Assembly (NCBI GenBank): GCA_946402735.1
Contig: CAMIXH010000002.1
Span: forward strand, 29,080 to 93,079
DNA length: 64,000 bases
Origin: an uncultured Mycoplasmatota bacterium
GTDB lineage: Bacteria; Bacillota_I; Bacilli_A; RF39; UBA660
Direction: 5' to 3'
Part shown: in pieces, positions 21,503 to 29,284 of the stretch
How the letters are laid out: each line of letters starts with the position of its first letter
Position numbering within the stretch: position 1 is the first letter of the stretch
Position numbers and translations under genes: made by a program
The notes under the pieces: generated by a model
The model's input: only the letters and a program-made list of their open reading frames with translations
The model's database searches: none
What the model was told of the DNA's origin: nothing

Positions 21503-21599
21503 GTTTCCTCCTAAGTATAATTTGTTATACTTTTCATACTATTATTATATCTCTATTTATTTTTTAAAACAATAAAAAAAGCAGATTTTAATCTACTTT

Positions 21600-23435
21600 C
21601 TATTCATAAGCCGCTACACATTTTTTAGTGTATTCATACACATACTTAGAACCCTCTTTTGTATAGTGTATTCCATCTCCACTATTTATATATCCTTTAC
21701 TTGTCCAATCATTAAGTGATATTGCTTTATTTGAATCACAATAATATATTTTATATCCCGGATGATTTGTTTTTAATTGATTCAAACAAGTACCCTTCAT
21801 ATAGTCATTAAACTTATCAACATTAGCATTAGTATTACTATCTTTATAATATGTAACTTTGCTTTCCCATATTGGATTAACAGATACTATAATAAACATA
21901 TTTTTCTTATCTACTTTACTTAAAAAATTATCATAATAATCACAGAAAGATTTATAAGCTCCTTTTGAATTAACACCATAATTTACTGTTATAGCATAAG
22001 TCTTATCTTTATTATTATTTATTTTATTTAATGCACTACTCATTTGTGATTTAAAGTATTCATCATATCCAGTAGATACTTTTGCATATATTGTTTCTTT
22101 ACTATCATTAAATCCTAAATATGTTTTTATACTACTATATGCTATTGTTCTAGAATCACCTAAATAAATAATATTAGATTTAATATTATTTATATCAGCA
22201 GTACTAGGATCAGAAGTTGTTGTAGCACCTGCTATTGTATTTCTACAATCATATACATGAGCATCTTTATAATAACCAGATAAAGTATGTCCACTCTTTA
22301 ATCCTTCAACCATGCCTAATAAGTCTTTTCCTTTAGCAGAATTATTTTTAAGTACTTTCAAAATACCTGAACTAGTATTATATCTTACATCTATTAATTC
22401 ACCTTTACTATTAACAAGGATAAAATATTTTGATGATGCCATTACTGAATCAATCTTATCTTTAAATTTACCAGATTCATATCTACTTCTATATATATTT
22501 TCTCTATAGTTTTGAGTACAACTACCAGCTACATAATCAAGAGTATCTAACATTTGATTAGCTTGTCCTCTTCTTACTTGTCTTGGAACTAAACTCTTTA
22601 AAATAACATTTGTATACATAACTGCAAACGTTTGTAATAAATTATCTGGTCCATAATCTGGTGGTATTTCTCCAAAGAATAATCCCATTCTATATTTAGA
22701 AAATGGTATTGTTTCTTTAGCATAATAATTACCATTTTTCATAACATATCCACCAGGTAATGCTTCACGTGGATTCTTATATTGATGAGAATCTGTACAT
22801 GTTCTAAGTTGAACTTGAACTTTATCATCATTAAGTACATATAAACAAGCTGTTTTTATTTCATCAGTCATTTTTATTTCACTACCATAACCAGTAGTAT
22901 ATGTTCCAGATGACGTTCTTTTATTAGCTTCATCTATCTTTTCTTTTACCTTAGCAAGTCTTGTTTGAAATTCTTCTTTTTTTTCAGAATCTTTAACATT
23001 TACTAAATAACTTTGAGCGGTAGAATAATCATATATATTATTTGATTCTTCTGCTTTTTGTACAAGATCTTCTTCTTGATCAACATATATTTTTCTTATA
23101 TCTTCTAAAGATTTAACTTGTAAACATTTTTTATATTCATTACCAGGATCAACTAAAGTTACCATTACATCTACAAATGTAGGAATTAGAAATACTAGTA
23201 CAGCTGCAATAACATTTCTCACTATTACTTTATACATTTTAGGCATTTCATCTTGTGAATTAGAAGTCACTATTCTAACAAGTTTTATCATCACACTTAA
23301 AATAAGCATTATAGGTACAACTATTCTTATAATGCTAATTACAATGTTTATTATTCTCATTACTTCCAATACTTTTGGTAAATCACATATACTTCCTATC
23401 ATTTTTTCCTCTATACTTAGTTTATCATAAATCAT
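21600..23435 (-). CDS. Membrane-anchored putative cell-wall enzyme: SpoIID-like region plus a C-terminal SGNH/GDSL hydrolase
   Basis: Has two N-terminal TMs. A SpoIID-like patch reads FAVMYTNVIL...GSCTQNY. SGNH blocks are present: IIYLGDSRT (GDS), NYGVNS and GDGIHYT (DxxH). Confidence 0.55.
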   Translation of the reverse strand: MIYDKLSIEEKMIGSICDLPKVLEVMRIINIVISIIRIVVPIMLILSVMIKLVRIVTSNSQDEMPKMYKVIVRNVIAAVLVFLIPTFVDVMVTLVDPGNEYKKCLQVKSLEDIRKIYVDQEEDLVQKAEESNNIYDYSTAQSYLVNVKDSEKKEEFQTRLAKVKEKIDEANKRTSSGTYTTGYGSEIKMTDEIKTACLYVLNDDKVQVQLRTCTDSHQYKNPREALPGGYVMKNGNYYAKETIPFSKYRMGLFFGEIPPDYGPDNLLQTFAVMYTNVILKSLVPRQVRRGQANQMLDTLDYVAGSCTQNYRENIYRSRYESGKFKDKIDSVMASSKYFILVNSKGELIDVRYNTSSGILKVLKNNSAKGKDLLGMVEGLKSGHTLSGYYKDAHVYDCRNTIAGATTTSDPSTADINNIKSNIIYLGDSRTIAYSSIKTYLGFNDSKETIYAKVSTGYDEYFKSQMSSALNKINNNKDKTYAITVNYGVNSKGAYKSFCDYYDNFLSKVDKKNMFIIVSVNPIWESKVTYYKDSNTNANVDKFNDYMKGTCLNQLKTNHPGYKIYYCDSNKAISLNDWTSKGYINSGDGIHYTKEGSKYVYEYTKKCVAAYE

Positions 23436-23474
23436 AAAAAACTAAAATAGCATAATAAAAAGCTTATAGTCAAA

Positions 23475-25502
23475 CTATAAGCAATTATATAATTTTTTTA
23501 ATTTAATAAATCCTATTAAACTAACTACTAACATTAATACATATTCAATAATGTTATCTCCAGTAGGAGGATTATCTCCACCTCTACCATAGTTAATATT
23601 GATTACATAGAATCCTTCATCCATGTCTCCTTCAATTATATAGAAGTATTCATCTAATTCTACTTCATCAACAGTATATTGAATTAATTTACCTTTATTA
23701 TATTTTGGTAAATCTTTAAATGTATGTTTCCAATCATTTTCTGCACTAATTTCAACAGTATCTACTATTTCATCATCTGCATATAAATGAATAGTCACTT
23801 TATCAGGTCTTATTCTAGCAGCATTACCTTTATCATCCCATATTTTTTCAACTGGAATATCTCTTTTTTCATCATTATTATATTCATTTACTAATTCTAC
23901 TTTTACTTCTTTAGGTTCTATATCTAAGTATCCTGTAATACCAAGTAAGTTTTGATATCCATCATCTTCTTCTGGTTTATTTAATGCTGTATAAATATAA
24001 ATATTCATACCTTCTGGATGAGTTAAATTAATTGATGTTTCATCTCCTAATAAGAAATAATATAATTCTGCATATTCAGGATGATCAACTGATAAGTTTT
24101 TAGTTTCATGTAATGGTTTACTATTAGCCCAGTGTCTTGCAAAGTTTCCAAGAGAATCACCATGACCAATATCTACTCTCCATCCATTTGGAGCACTTGG
24201 ATCATATACATAATCTTTATACATATGCATTAGATACCAATAATAAGCACCATCTTTTTCATTTAAAGCGTCATCTCCAGGTTGTTGAGTTCTAAATCCT
24301 TGGATTTGTGTAATACCAGCATTAGTATAATTCTTTAATGCAGTTTCAGTTATATAACTAATTGCTTCATCTGGTATATCTTTAAATTGATCATAATCTT
24401 TAACTAAATTACGGCGATATATAATATCTAATACTTTATTATATAATTCATCATCATCCAATGTTTGATCAGATACATCAACTGGTCCATCCGTTAGATG
24501 TCCATGACCACTAGTAATATATTCAGGATATCTATCATGTAATTCTTGATAATTAGCATCAGTATTTTTATATGGATCTTTTAGTGTAACTTGTTTTGTA
24601 TAATTTCTAATATCTCCTGGTTGTAATATAATTCCATTATAATTAGCATCTTCTCCTGGTTCTGCTAAATATTGATTAATACAATATACTTCATACTTCT
24701 TGCCTTCAATTTCAACATAGTAAGTAGTTGCTGCTTCACATGGAATATTTGGATATTCTGTATCAGCTTGATAACCAATTGGAACAACAACATCTACTGT
24801 AAATTCCTTATCATCTGCTTTCTCATATCCATCAGGTTCTTTTTCTTCATGAAGAGTATATGTCCCAGCTGGTAATCTATATTCAAAGTCTTCTGTATCG
24901 CTACTTATCCATTCAACTACAAGATTACCTTTTGAATCAAATACTTGAAGTAAAGCTCCTTTTACTCTCTCTCCATCTTCATTAACTTTAGAAAAAATAA
25001 CCTTAGCCTTTTGAACAGGTACACCATCATCTTCTTTATTAGTATCTGTAGTAGTTTCTACTGGTGCACTAACTGGTTCAGTTACAACATTTGTGTTATT
25101 TTCCTCTTCTTGCTTTCCTGTAGCTACTTCTGTATTAACTACTTCTTGAACCTCTTCTTCTACAACTTCTTCTTTTGGTTGTTCCTCTTCAACAACTTCT
25201 TCTTTTGGTTGTACTTCTTCTACAACTTCTTCTTTTGGTTGTTCCTCTTCAACAGGTGTTTCCTCTACTTTATTATTTGAAGGATTCTCTTCTACTATCT
25301 CTTCTTTTGGTGCTTCATTCTTTGGTGTTTCAACAATCACAGGTTCCTCCTTCTCTTCAGTAGGCTCTTCTTTTTGAACAACTTCTTCAGTTTTTTCATC
25401 TTCTACTTCTTGTGTTTCTAATTCGTCTGCGTATACACATTTAAGATTAAAAACGAAAGTAGAAATGAATAATAACAATAATAGTATTATGTATTTTTTC
25501 AT
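23475..25502 (-). CDS. Thioester-domain surface adhesin with Cna-B/SpaA-type domains and an NPPTG sorting signal
   Basis: Has a signal peptide (MKKYIILLLLLFIS) and an E/K/P-rich stalk. A prealbumin-like domain reads GALLQVFDSKGN..YTLHEEKEPDGY. A TQXA-type thioester signature is present (VYCINQY, ITQ). A Cna-B domain reads IPVEKIWDD..YTVDEV. NPPTG (23559-23573) is followed by a TM and KLKK. The start is set to the ATG at 25502, behind a GGGGGGAG RBS. Confidence 0.7.
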   Translation of the reverse strand: MKKYIILLLLLFISTFVFNLKCVYADELETQEVEDEKTEEVVQKEEPTEEKEEPVIVETPKNEAPKEEIVEENPSNNKVEETPVEEEQPKEEVVEEVQPKEEVVEEEQPKEEVVEEEVQEVVNTEVATGKQEEENNTNVVTEPVSAPVETTTDTNKEDDGVPVQKAKVIFSKVNEDGERVKGALLQVFDSKGNLVVEWISSDTEDFEYRLPAGTYTLHEEKEPDGYEKADDKEFTVDVVVPIGYQADTEYPNIPCEAATTYYVEIEGKKYEVYCINQYLAEPGEDANYNGIILQPGDIRNYTKQVTLKDPYKNTDANYQELHDRYPEYITSGHGHLTDGPVDVSDQTLDDDELYNKVLDIIYRRNLVKDYDQFKDIPDEAISYITETALKNYTNAGITQIQGFRTQQPGDDALNEKDGAYYWYLMHMYKDYVYDPSAPNGWRVDIGHGDSLGNFARHWANSKPLHETKNLSVDHPEYAELYYFLLGDETSINLTHPEGMNIYIYTALNKPEEDDGYQNLLGITGYLDIEPKEVKVELVNEYNNDEKRDIPVEKIWDDKGNAARIRPDKVTIHLYADDEIVDTVEISAENDWKHTFKDLPKYNKGKLIQYTVDEVELDEYFYIIEGDMDEGFYVININYGRGGDNPPTGDNIIEYVLMLVVSLIGFIKLKKLYNCL
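25162..25251 (-). repeat. 3 x 30-bp in-frame tandem repeat (QPKEEVVEEx) in the adhesin stalk
   Basis: The unit acaacttcttcttttggttgt.c.tcttc. recurs at 25162, 25192 and 25222. Confidence 0.85.
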
Positions 25503-25608
25503 ACCAAACTCCCCCCTAATAATACAAGTCAATATACTATCATCGAATAATATTCATGTCAATAAAAAAGTCCTAAAAAAGGACATTTTTTAATTATAAT
25601 ATGTAAAT

Positions 25609-25636
25609 TAAAAAAGTCTGATTTAATCAGACTTTC
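25609..25636 (-). terminator. Rho-independent terminator of the tRNA operon
   Basis: The minus strand reads AGTCTGAT-TAA-ATCAGACT followed by TTTTT, just 3' of tRNA-Pro. Confidence 0.8.
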
Positions 25637-25645
25637 ATTCACTAA

Positions 25646-25722
25646 TGGTCGGGAAGACAGGATTTGAACCTGCAACCCCTCGGTCCCAAACCGAATGCTC
25701 TACCAAGTTGAGCCACTTCCCG
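25646..25722 (-). tRNA. trnP: tRNA-Pro (anticodon UGG), CCA encoded
   Basis: The reverse complement reads CGGGAAGTGGCTCAACTTGGTAGAGC..TTCGG-TTTGGGA-CCGAG..GGTTCAAATCC..CTTCCCGACCA. Confidence 0.93.
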
Positions 25723-25728
25723 AATATA

Positions 25729-25805
25729 TGGTGCGCCCAAGAGGAGTCGGACCCCTAACCTTTTGATCCGTAGTCAAATGCTCTATCCAATTGAGCTATG
25801 AGCGC
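25729..25805 (-). tRNA. trnR: tRNA-Arg (anticodon ACG), CCA encoded
   Basis: The reverse complement reads GCGCTCATAGCTCAATTGGATAGAGC. The anticodon loop is CTACGGA and the T-arm is GGTCCGACTCC. Confidence 0.92.
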
Positions 25806-25834
25806 TTATTAACGCCTTGTTCTTACAATTAAAA

Positions 25835-25910
25835 TGGTGGCTTCAGTTGGAATCGAACCAACGACACCAAGATTTTCAGTCTTGTGCTCTGCCAACTGAG
25901 CTATGAAGCC
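25835..25910 (-). tRNA. trnF: tRNA-Phe (anticodon GAA), CCA encoded
   Basis: The reverse complement reads GGCTTCATAGCTCAGTTGGCAGAGC. The anticodon loop is CTGAAAA and the T-arm is GGTTCGATTCC. Confidence 0.93.
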
Positions 25911-25914
25911 ACAA

Positions 25915-25990
25915 TGGCGGTTCGTACGGGACTTGAACCCGTGATCTCTCGCGTGACAGGCGAGCGTGATAACCACTACACCAACGAACC
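25915..25990 (-). tRNA. trnD: tRNA-Asp (anticodon GUC), CCA encoded
   Basis: The reverse complement reads GGTTCGTTGGTGTAGTGGTTATCACG. The anticodon loop is CTGTCAC and the T-arm is GGTTCAAGTCC. Confidence 0.93.
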
Positions 25991-25991
25991 A

Positions 25992-26068
25992 TGGTTGCGG
26001 GAGCCGGATTTGAACCAACAACCTCTGGGTTATGAGCCCAGCGAGCTACCAGATTGCTCCATCCCGCG
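25992..26068 (-). tRNA. trnfM: Initiator tRNA-fMet (anticodon CAU), CCA encoded
   Basis: The reverse complement reads CGCGGGATGGAGCAATCTGGTAGCTCG. It has a C1xA72 mismatch and three G-C pairs closing the anticodon stem (GGGCTCATAACCC). Confidence 0.9.
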
Positions 26069-26084
26069 ATGATATATATTAAAG

Positions 26085-26177
26085 TGGCGGAGGAAAAGGG
26101 ATTCGAACCCCTGCGCCGATTTCTCGACCTCCCGGTTTTCAAGACCGGTCCCTTCAACCAGACTTGGGTATTCCTCC
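26085..26177 (-). tRNA. trnS: tRNA-Ser (anticodon UGA), long variable arm, CCA encoded
   Basis: 93 nt. The reverse complement reads GGAGGAATACCCAAGTCTGGTTGAAGGGA. The anticodon loop is CTTGAAA. Confidence 0.92.
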
Positions 26178-26187
26178 ATTAAAATTA

Positions 26188-26276
26188 TGGTGCCTCAGGT
26201 CGGACTCGAACCGACATGAGCTTTTACACTCGCAGGATTTTAAGTCCTGTGCGTCTACCTATTCCGCCACTAAGGC
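26188..26276 (-). tRNA. trnL: tRNA-Leu (anticodon UAA), long variable arm, CCA encoded
   Basis: 89 nt. The reverse complement reads GCCTTAGTGGCGGAATAGGTAGACGC. The anticodon loop is CTTAAAA. Confidence 0.92.
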
Positions 26277-26281
26277 ACACC

Positions 26282-26357
26282 TGGTGTCTCGCTGGGGATT
26301 TGAACCCCAGACCCCTTGATTAAAAGTCAAGTGCTCTACCGACTGAGCTAGCGAGAC
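26282..26357 (-). tRNA. trnK: tRNA-Lys (anticodon UUU), CCA encoded
   Basis: The reverse complement reads GTCTCGCTAGCTCAGTCGGTAGAGC. The anticodon loop is CTTTTAA. Confidence 0.93.
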
Positions 26358-26376
26358 ATCATTTATAAAAAAAATT

Positions 26377-26452
26377 TGGTTGCCTCGGCAGGATTCGAAC
26401 CTGCGGAATGCAAGAGTCAAAGTCTTGTGCCTTACCACTTGGCTACGAGGCA
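26377..26452 (-). tRNA. trnQ: tRNA-Gln (anticodon UUG), CCA encoded
   Basis: The reverse complement reads TGCCTCGTAGCCAAGTGGTAAGGC. The anticodon loop is CTTTGAC and there is a U1-A72 pair. Confidence 0.9.
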
Positions 26453-26462
26453 AACATTCAAG

Positions 26463-26546
26463 TGGTGGAGAGACATGGATTCGAACCATGGAACCCGAAG
26501 GAACAGATTTACAGTCTGCCGCGTTTAGCCACTTCGCTATCTCTCC
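26463..26546 (-). tRNA. trnY: tRNA-Tyr (anticodon GUA), long variable arm, CCA encoded
   Basis: 84 nt. The reverse complement reads GGAGAGATAGCGAAGTGGCTAAACGC. The anticodon loop is CTGTAAA. Confidence 0.92.
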
Positions 26547-26553
26547 ATATTGA

Positions 26554-26629
<76 letters not shown>

Positions 26630-26641
26630 AAAAAAATAATA

Positions 26642-26718
26642 TGGTGGGCGATGAGAGACTCGAACTCCCGACCCCCTGCTTGTAAGGCAGATGCTCTAAC
26701 CAACTGAGCTAATCGCCC
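26642..26718 (-). tRNA. trnV: tRNA-Val (anticodon UAC), CCA encoded
   Basis: The reverse complement reads GGGCGATTAGCTCAGTTGGTTAGAGC. The anticodon loop is CTTACAA. Confidence 0.93.
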
Positions 26719-26742
26719 ATAATTCGTCTGTTGACGTTATTA

Positions 26743-26771
26743 AATATATCATTTATTGTATACCATGTCAA
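26743..26771 (-). promoter_or_regulatory. Sigma-A type promoter of the tRNA operon
   Basis: The minus strand reads TTGACA (26771-26766), a 17-nt spacer, then TATATT (26748-26743). This is about 25 nt upstream of the tRNA-Val 5' end. Confidence 0.7.
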
Positions 26772-26786
26772 GACAAAATGTGATTT

Positions 26787-27188
26787 TTATGGCGTTTTTG
26801 CACTTTTTTCGATTTCTTCTAATTTTTCCTTAATCCATTTATCTAAGTTTTCTTTTAAAGGCGCAAAACCACTACCTTTTTCCTCTAAACCATCTATTAA
26901 TTTTCTATTAGTTTTATGACCTTTTATTGTAAGTTTCACTTGCTTTTTCTCTTCATCAACTTCTAATACTTTTGCTTCGAAATTATCCCCTTCAATAAAT
27001 AGTCTTTCTATATTGCTAACATACTTATTAGATATTTCAGATATATGAATTAAGCCACTATACTCTTCATCAAGTTTTACAAAAACACCATAATCAGTTA
27101 AACCTGTTACACAACATTTAACAATGTCACCTTTTTTATATTTGCTCATAAAATCACTCATCTTAATTATATCATATTTATTAGTCAA
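26787..27188 (-). CDS. S1-domain RNA-binding protein (GSP13/CvfD-like)
   Basis: The S1 OB-fold reads GDIVKCCVTGLTDYGVFVKLDEEYSGLIHISEIS..VKLTIK. Confidence 0.8.
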   Translation of the reverse strand: MTNKYDIIKMSDFMSKYKKGDIVKCCVTGLTDYGVFVKLDEEYSGLIHISEISNKYVSNIERLFIEGDNFEAKVLEVDEEKKQVKLTIKGHKTNRKLIDGLEEKGSGFAPLKENLDKWIKEKLEEIEKSAKTP

Positions 27189-27256
27189 TCCAATTGTTAA
27201 GTTATTTTTTTACTATTTTTTTACAAAAAAAATTAGTCATTTCTGACTAATTATTT

Positions 27257-28621
27257 TTAAATAAACATTCCACCTTGAATTGGTGTGTCATCTACTGATG
27301 AAACATCATATCCTGGTATTTGACTTAAAGCATCAACTAATTCCTCTTGTTTCTCTGTTGGTGCTGGTGCTGGTTGATCAAATACTGGAGCTTCTAGTGA
27401 TGGTCCTGCTGGTGCTGCTGGAGTATCTAAAACAGGTGCTTCCATTGCAGGTTCTGCTGCTGGTGCCATCATTGGCTCTCCCATTGCAGGTGCCTCTAGA
27501 GTTGGTGTTTCTAATACTGGAGCTTCCATTGCTGGTAAAGCTTGAGTATTATTGAACACTTCTGATCTTTCCTCTATTTTTTCTCTAATAACATCAAGTG
27601 AATCACTAATGTTATTTAATCTATCTAATATTTCATCTAATCTTTCATCATTAATTTTATATTCCATCATACCGTTTACTGGTTGTGGTTCCTCCCCTTC
27701 ACTTGGTGCCTCTGGTGTTTCTTCTAAAGTACCTACTTCAGGAAGTATTGGTGCATCTGTAAAGTCTACTCCAGGTAAGCCTTCAATTGGTTCTTCAGTA
27801 GTTTCTACTTGTGCTTCAGGAGTATCTTCTGGTGTTTCTTCAACAGGAAGTTCTGTTTCAACAGGTGCTTCTGGTAACTCTGGCATTTCAGGGAATAATG
27901 TTTCTTCCTCTGTTGCTGGAGCTGCAGGTGCAGCTGGTTCTTCTGGAGTTGGTGTCTCAGGTACAACTGGTGTTTCTACTACTGGCTCTGCAGGTGTATC
28001 TACAAATAAATTATTATCAACAGTTGTTGGTGCCTCTGCTAATATTTGATCTGGCATTTCTGGCAAGTCAACTGGTGCTTCTGCTGGCGCTTCTTGTGTC
28101 TCCTCTTGAGGTCTTTCATCTACCAATGGTATATTTGGAATAATAGAATTAAAATCTACTCCTTCTAATTCAGTTGGAGGTACTACATCTACTGGTGCAT
28201 CAGTTAATATATCAGTTGGCATTGCAGGTTCTGCTGGAGCTTCAGTTACTGGTGCAGTTGGTTCTGCAACTGGCTCAGTTGGTGCAACTGGTACTTCTGG
28301 AACTGGTGTGTCCATTGCTGGTGCTGCTTCTACAGGAGCTGCAACTGGTGCAACAGGTTCTGCTGAAGTGCTAGGTGTTAAATCTAACTCTTCTGTTATT
28401 TCAGGTTCTGCTGGTGCTACAGGTGCTTCCATTGCTGGAGCAGTTTGAGTTTGTGTAGTTTCAATAGTAAAAGCACTTTGTTTTGAAAGTGGTACTTCTC
28501 CTTTTTCATCTGGAGATAAATTTGCTGATGAAACTCCTATTGCTTTATCAGCATTTACTTTTCTTACTACTTCTCCATTTAATATGTTTTCTACTTCACT
28601 TATCATTCTATTCCACCTCAA
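27257..28621 (-). CDS. Pro/Ala/Glu-rich, largely disordered protein with a short central helical segment
   Basis: 454-aa ORF with recurring APAMEAPV / PVAP / EAPV units and the central segment MEYKINDERLDEILDRLNNISDSLDVIREKIEE. It shares a 4-nt start/stop overlap with the upstream gene. Confidence 0.6.
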   Translation of the reverse strand: MRWNRMISEVENILNGEVVRKVNADKAIGVSSANLSPDEKGEVPLSKQSAFTIETTQTQTAPAMEAPVAPAEPEITEELDLTPSTSAEPVAPVAAPVEAAPAMDTPVPEVPVAPTEPVAEPTAPVTEAPAEPAMPTDILTDAPVDVVPPTELEGVDFNSIIPNIPLVDERPQEETQEAPAEAPVDLPEMPDQILAEAPTTVDNNLFVDTPAEPVVETPVVPETPTPEEPAAPAAPATEEETLFPEMPELPEAPVETELPVEETPEDTPEAQVETTEEPIEGLPGVDFTDAPILPEVGTLEETPEAPSEGEEPQPVNGMMEYKINDERLDEILDRLNNISDSLDVIREKIEERSEVFNNTQALPAMEAPVLETPTLEAPAMGEPMMAPAAEPAMEAPVLDTPAAPAGPSLEAPVFDQPAPAPTEKQEELVDALSQIPGYDVSSVDDTPIQGGMFI

Positions 28622-28872
28622 CCTTCTACTATCTCTTTCATAGCTTGTTTAACCCTGTTCCATACTGCATCATCAGTAATTCCAATTAAACTATAAACTC
28701 CAGGAGTATCTTCAGTAAATTCAGATATATAAATCTTACTCATACCTTCTCCTGCTGTTTCACCTTTTGACAATATTACAAATCTTTTATTAATATCACT
28801 AATCTTGAATGCGTTAACTAAATCAACTTGTTCTACTGTACCATCTAAATTTTTAACTGATATTCTTTTCAT
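28618..28872 (-). CDS. Small DUF1292-like protein
   Basis: 84 aa. The pattern is a beta-rich N-terminus followed by ..ITDDAVWNRV, resembling the UPF0473/DUF1292 family. Assignment is from memory. Confidence 0.5.
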   Translation of the reverse strand: MKRISVKNLDGTVEQVDLVNAFKISDINKRFVILSKGETAGEGMSKIYISEFTEDTPGVYSLIGITDDAVWNRVKQAMKEIVEG

Positions 28873-28934
28873 TAATACACCATCCTATCATAGATAATTT
28901 TATCATATAAAAAAAATAATATCAATTCCTAATA

Positions 28935-29216
28935 TTACTTTTCTTCTACTTTTTCTAGTATAAAATACTTACAATCGTATGCGCAATTTTCCTTTAAGTA
29001 TTTATCTAAATTATTATAATCATTTATATTATTGTTAATCTTATTACCTTTTTTAGTAAAACCTTTTAATCTTAATTTAGAATATGCAATATCTCCTACT
29101 ATATAATCATACTCATTAAAGAAAGATGTATATTTTTCTAAAAATAAATCTTTATCAAAAGCTTCTCTATAATCTTTTATTAATTTATATTTATTATTCT
29201 CTACTTCTACTGTCAT
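28935..29216 (-). CDS. YutD-family protein (DUF1027)
   Basis: YKLIKDYREAFDKDLFLEKYTSFFNEYDYIVGDIAYSKLRLKGF matches the conserved YutD core pattern. Confidence 0.65.
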   Translation of the reverse strand: MTVEVENNKYKLIKDYREAFDKDLFLEKYTSFFNEYDYIVGDIAYSKLRLKGFTKKGNKINNNINDYNNLDKYLKENCAYDCKYFILEKVEEK

Positions 29217-29284
29217 GTTTAACTCCTCAATAACATATTAATTATAACATATTTTTCATAAAATAAAAAAGAGATTACTCTCTT

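Noticed and set aside
25162-25251. Regularly spaced 30-bp repeats, considered as a possible CRISPR-like array.
   Set aside because: The repeats are contiguous with no spacers. They are in frame inside a surface-protein gene and encode QPKEEVVEEx. I found no CRISPR array or cas gene anywhere in the window.
25011-25363. Plus-strand ORFs antisense to the adhesin stalk (25011-25280, 25175-25363), plus 24672-24875.
   Set aside because: They are mirror frames of an E/K/P-rich repeat region. The translated products are Leu/Phe-rich low complexity, typical of antisense artefacts.
27280-28689. Five plus-strand ORFs (up to 165 aa) antisense to the Pro/Ala-rich gene.
   Set aside because: They are a by-product of the GC-rich, repeat-like coding sequence on the other strand. 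They have no RBS and are Leu/Val/Ser-rich low complexity.
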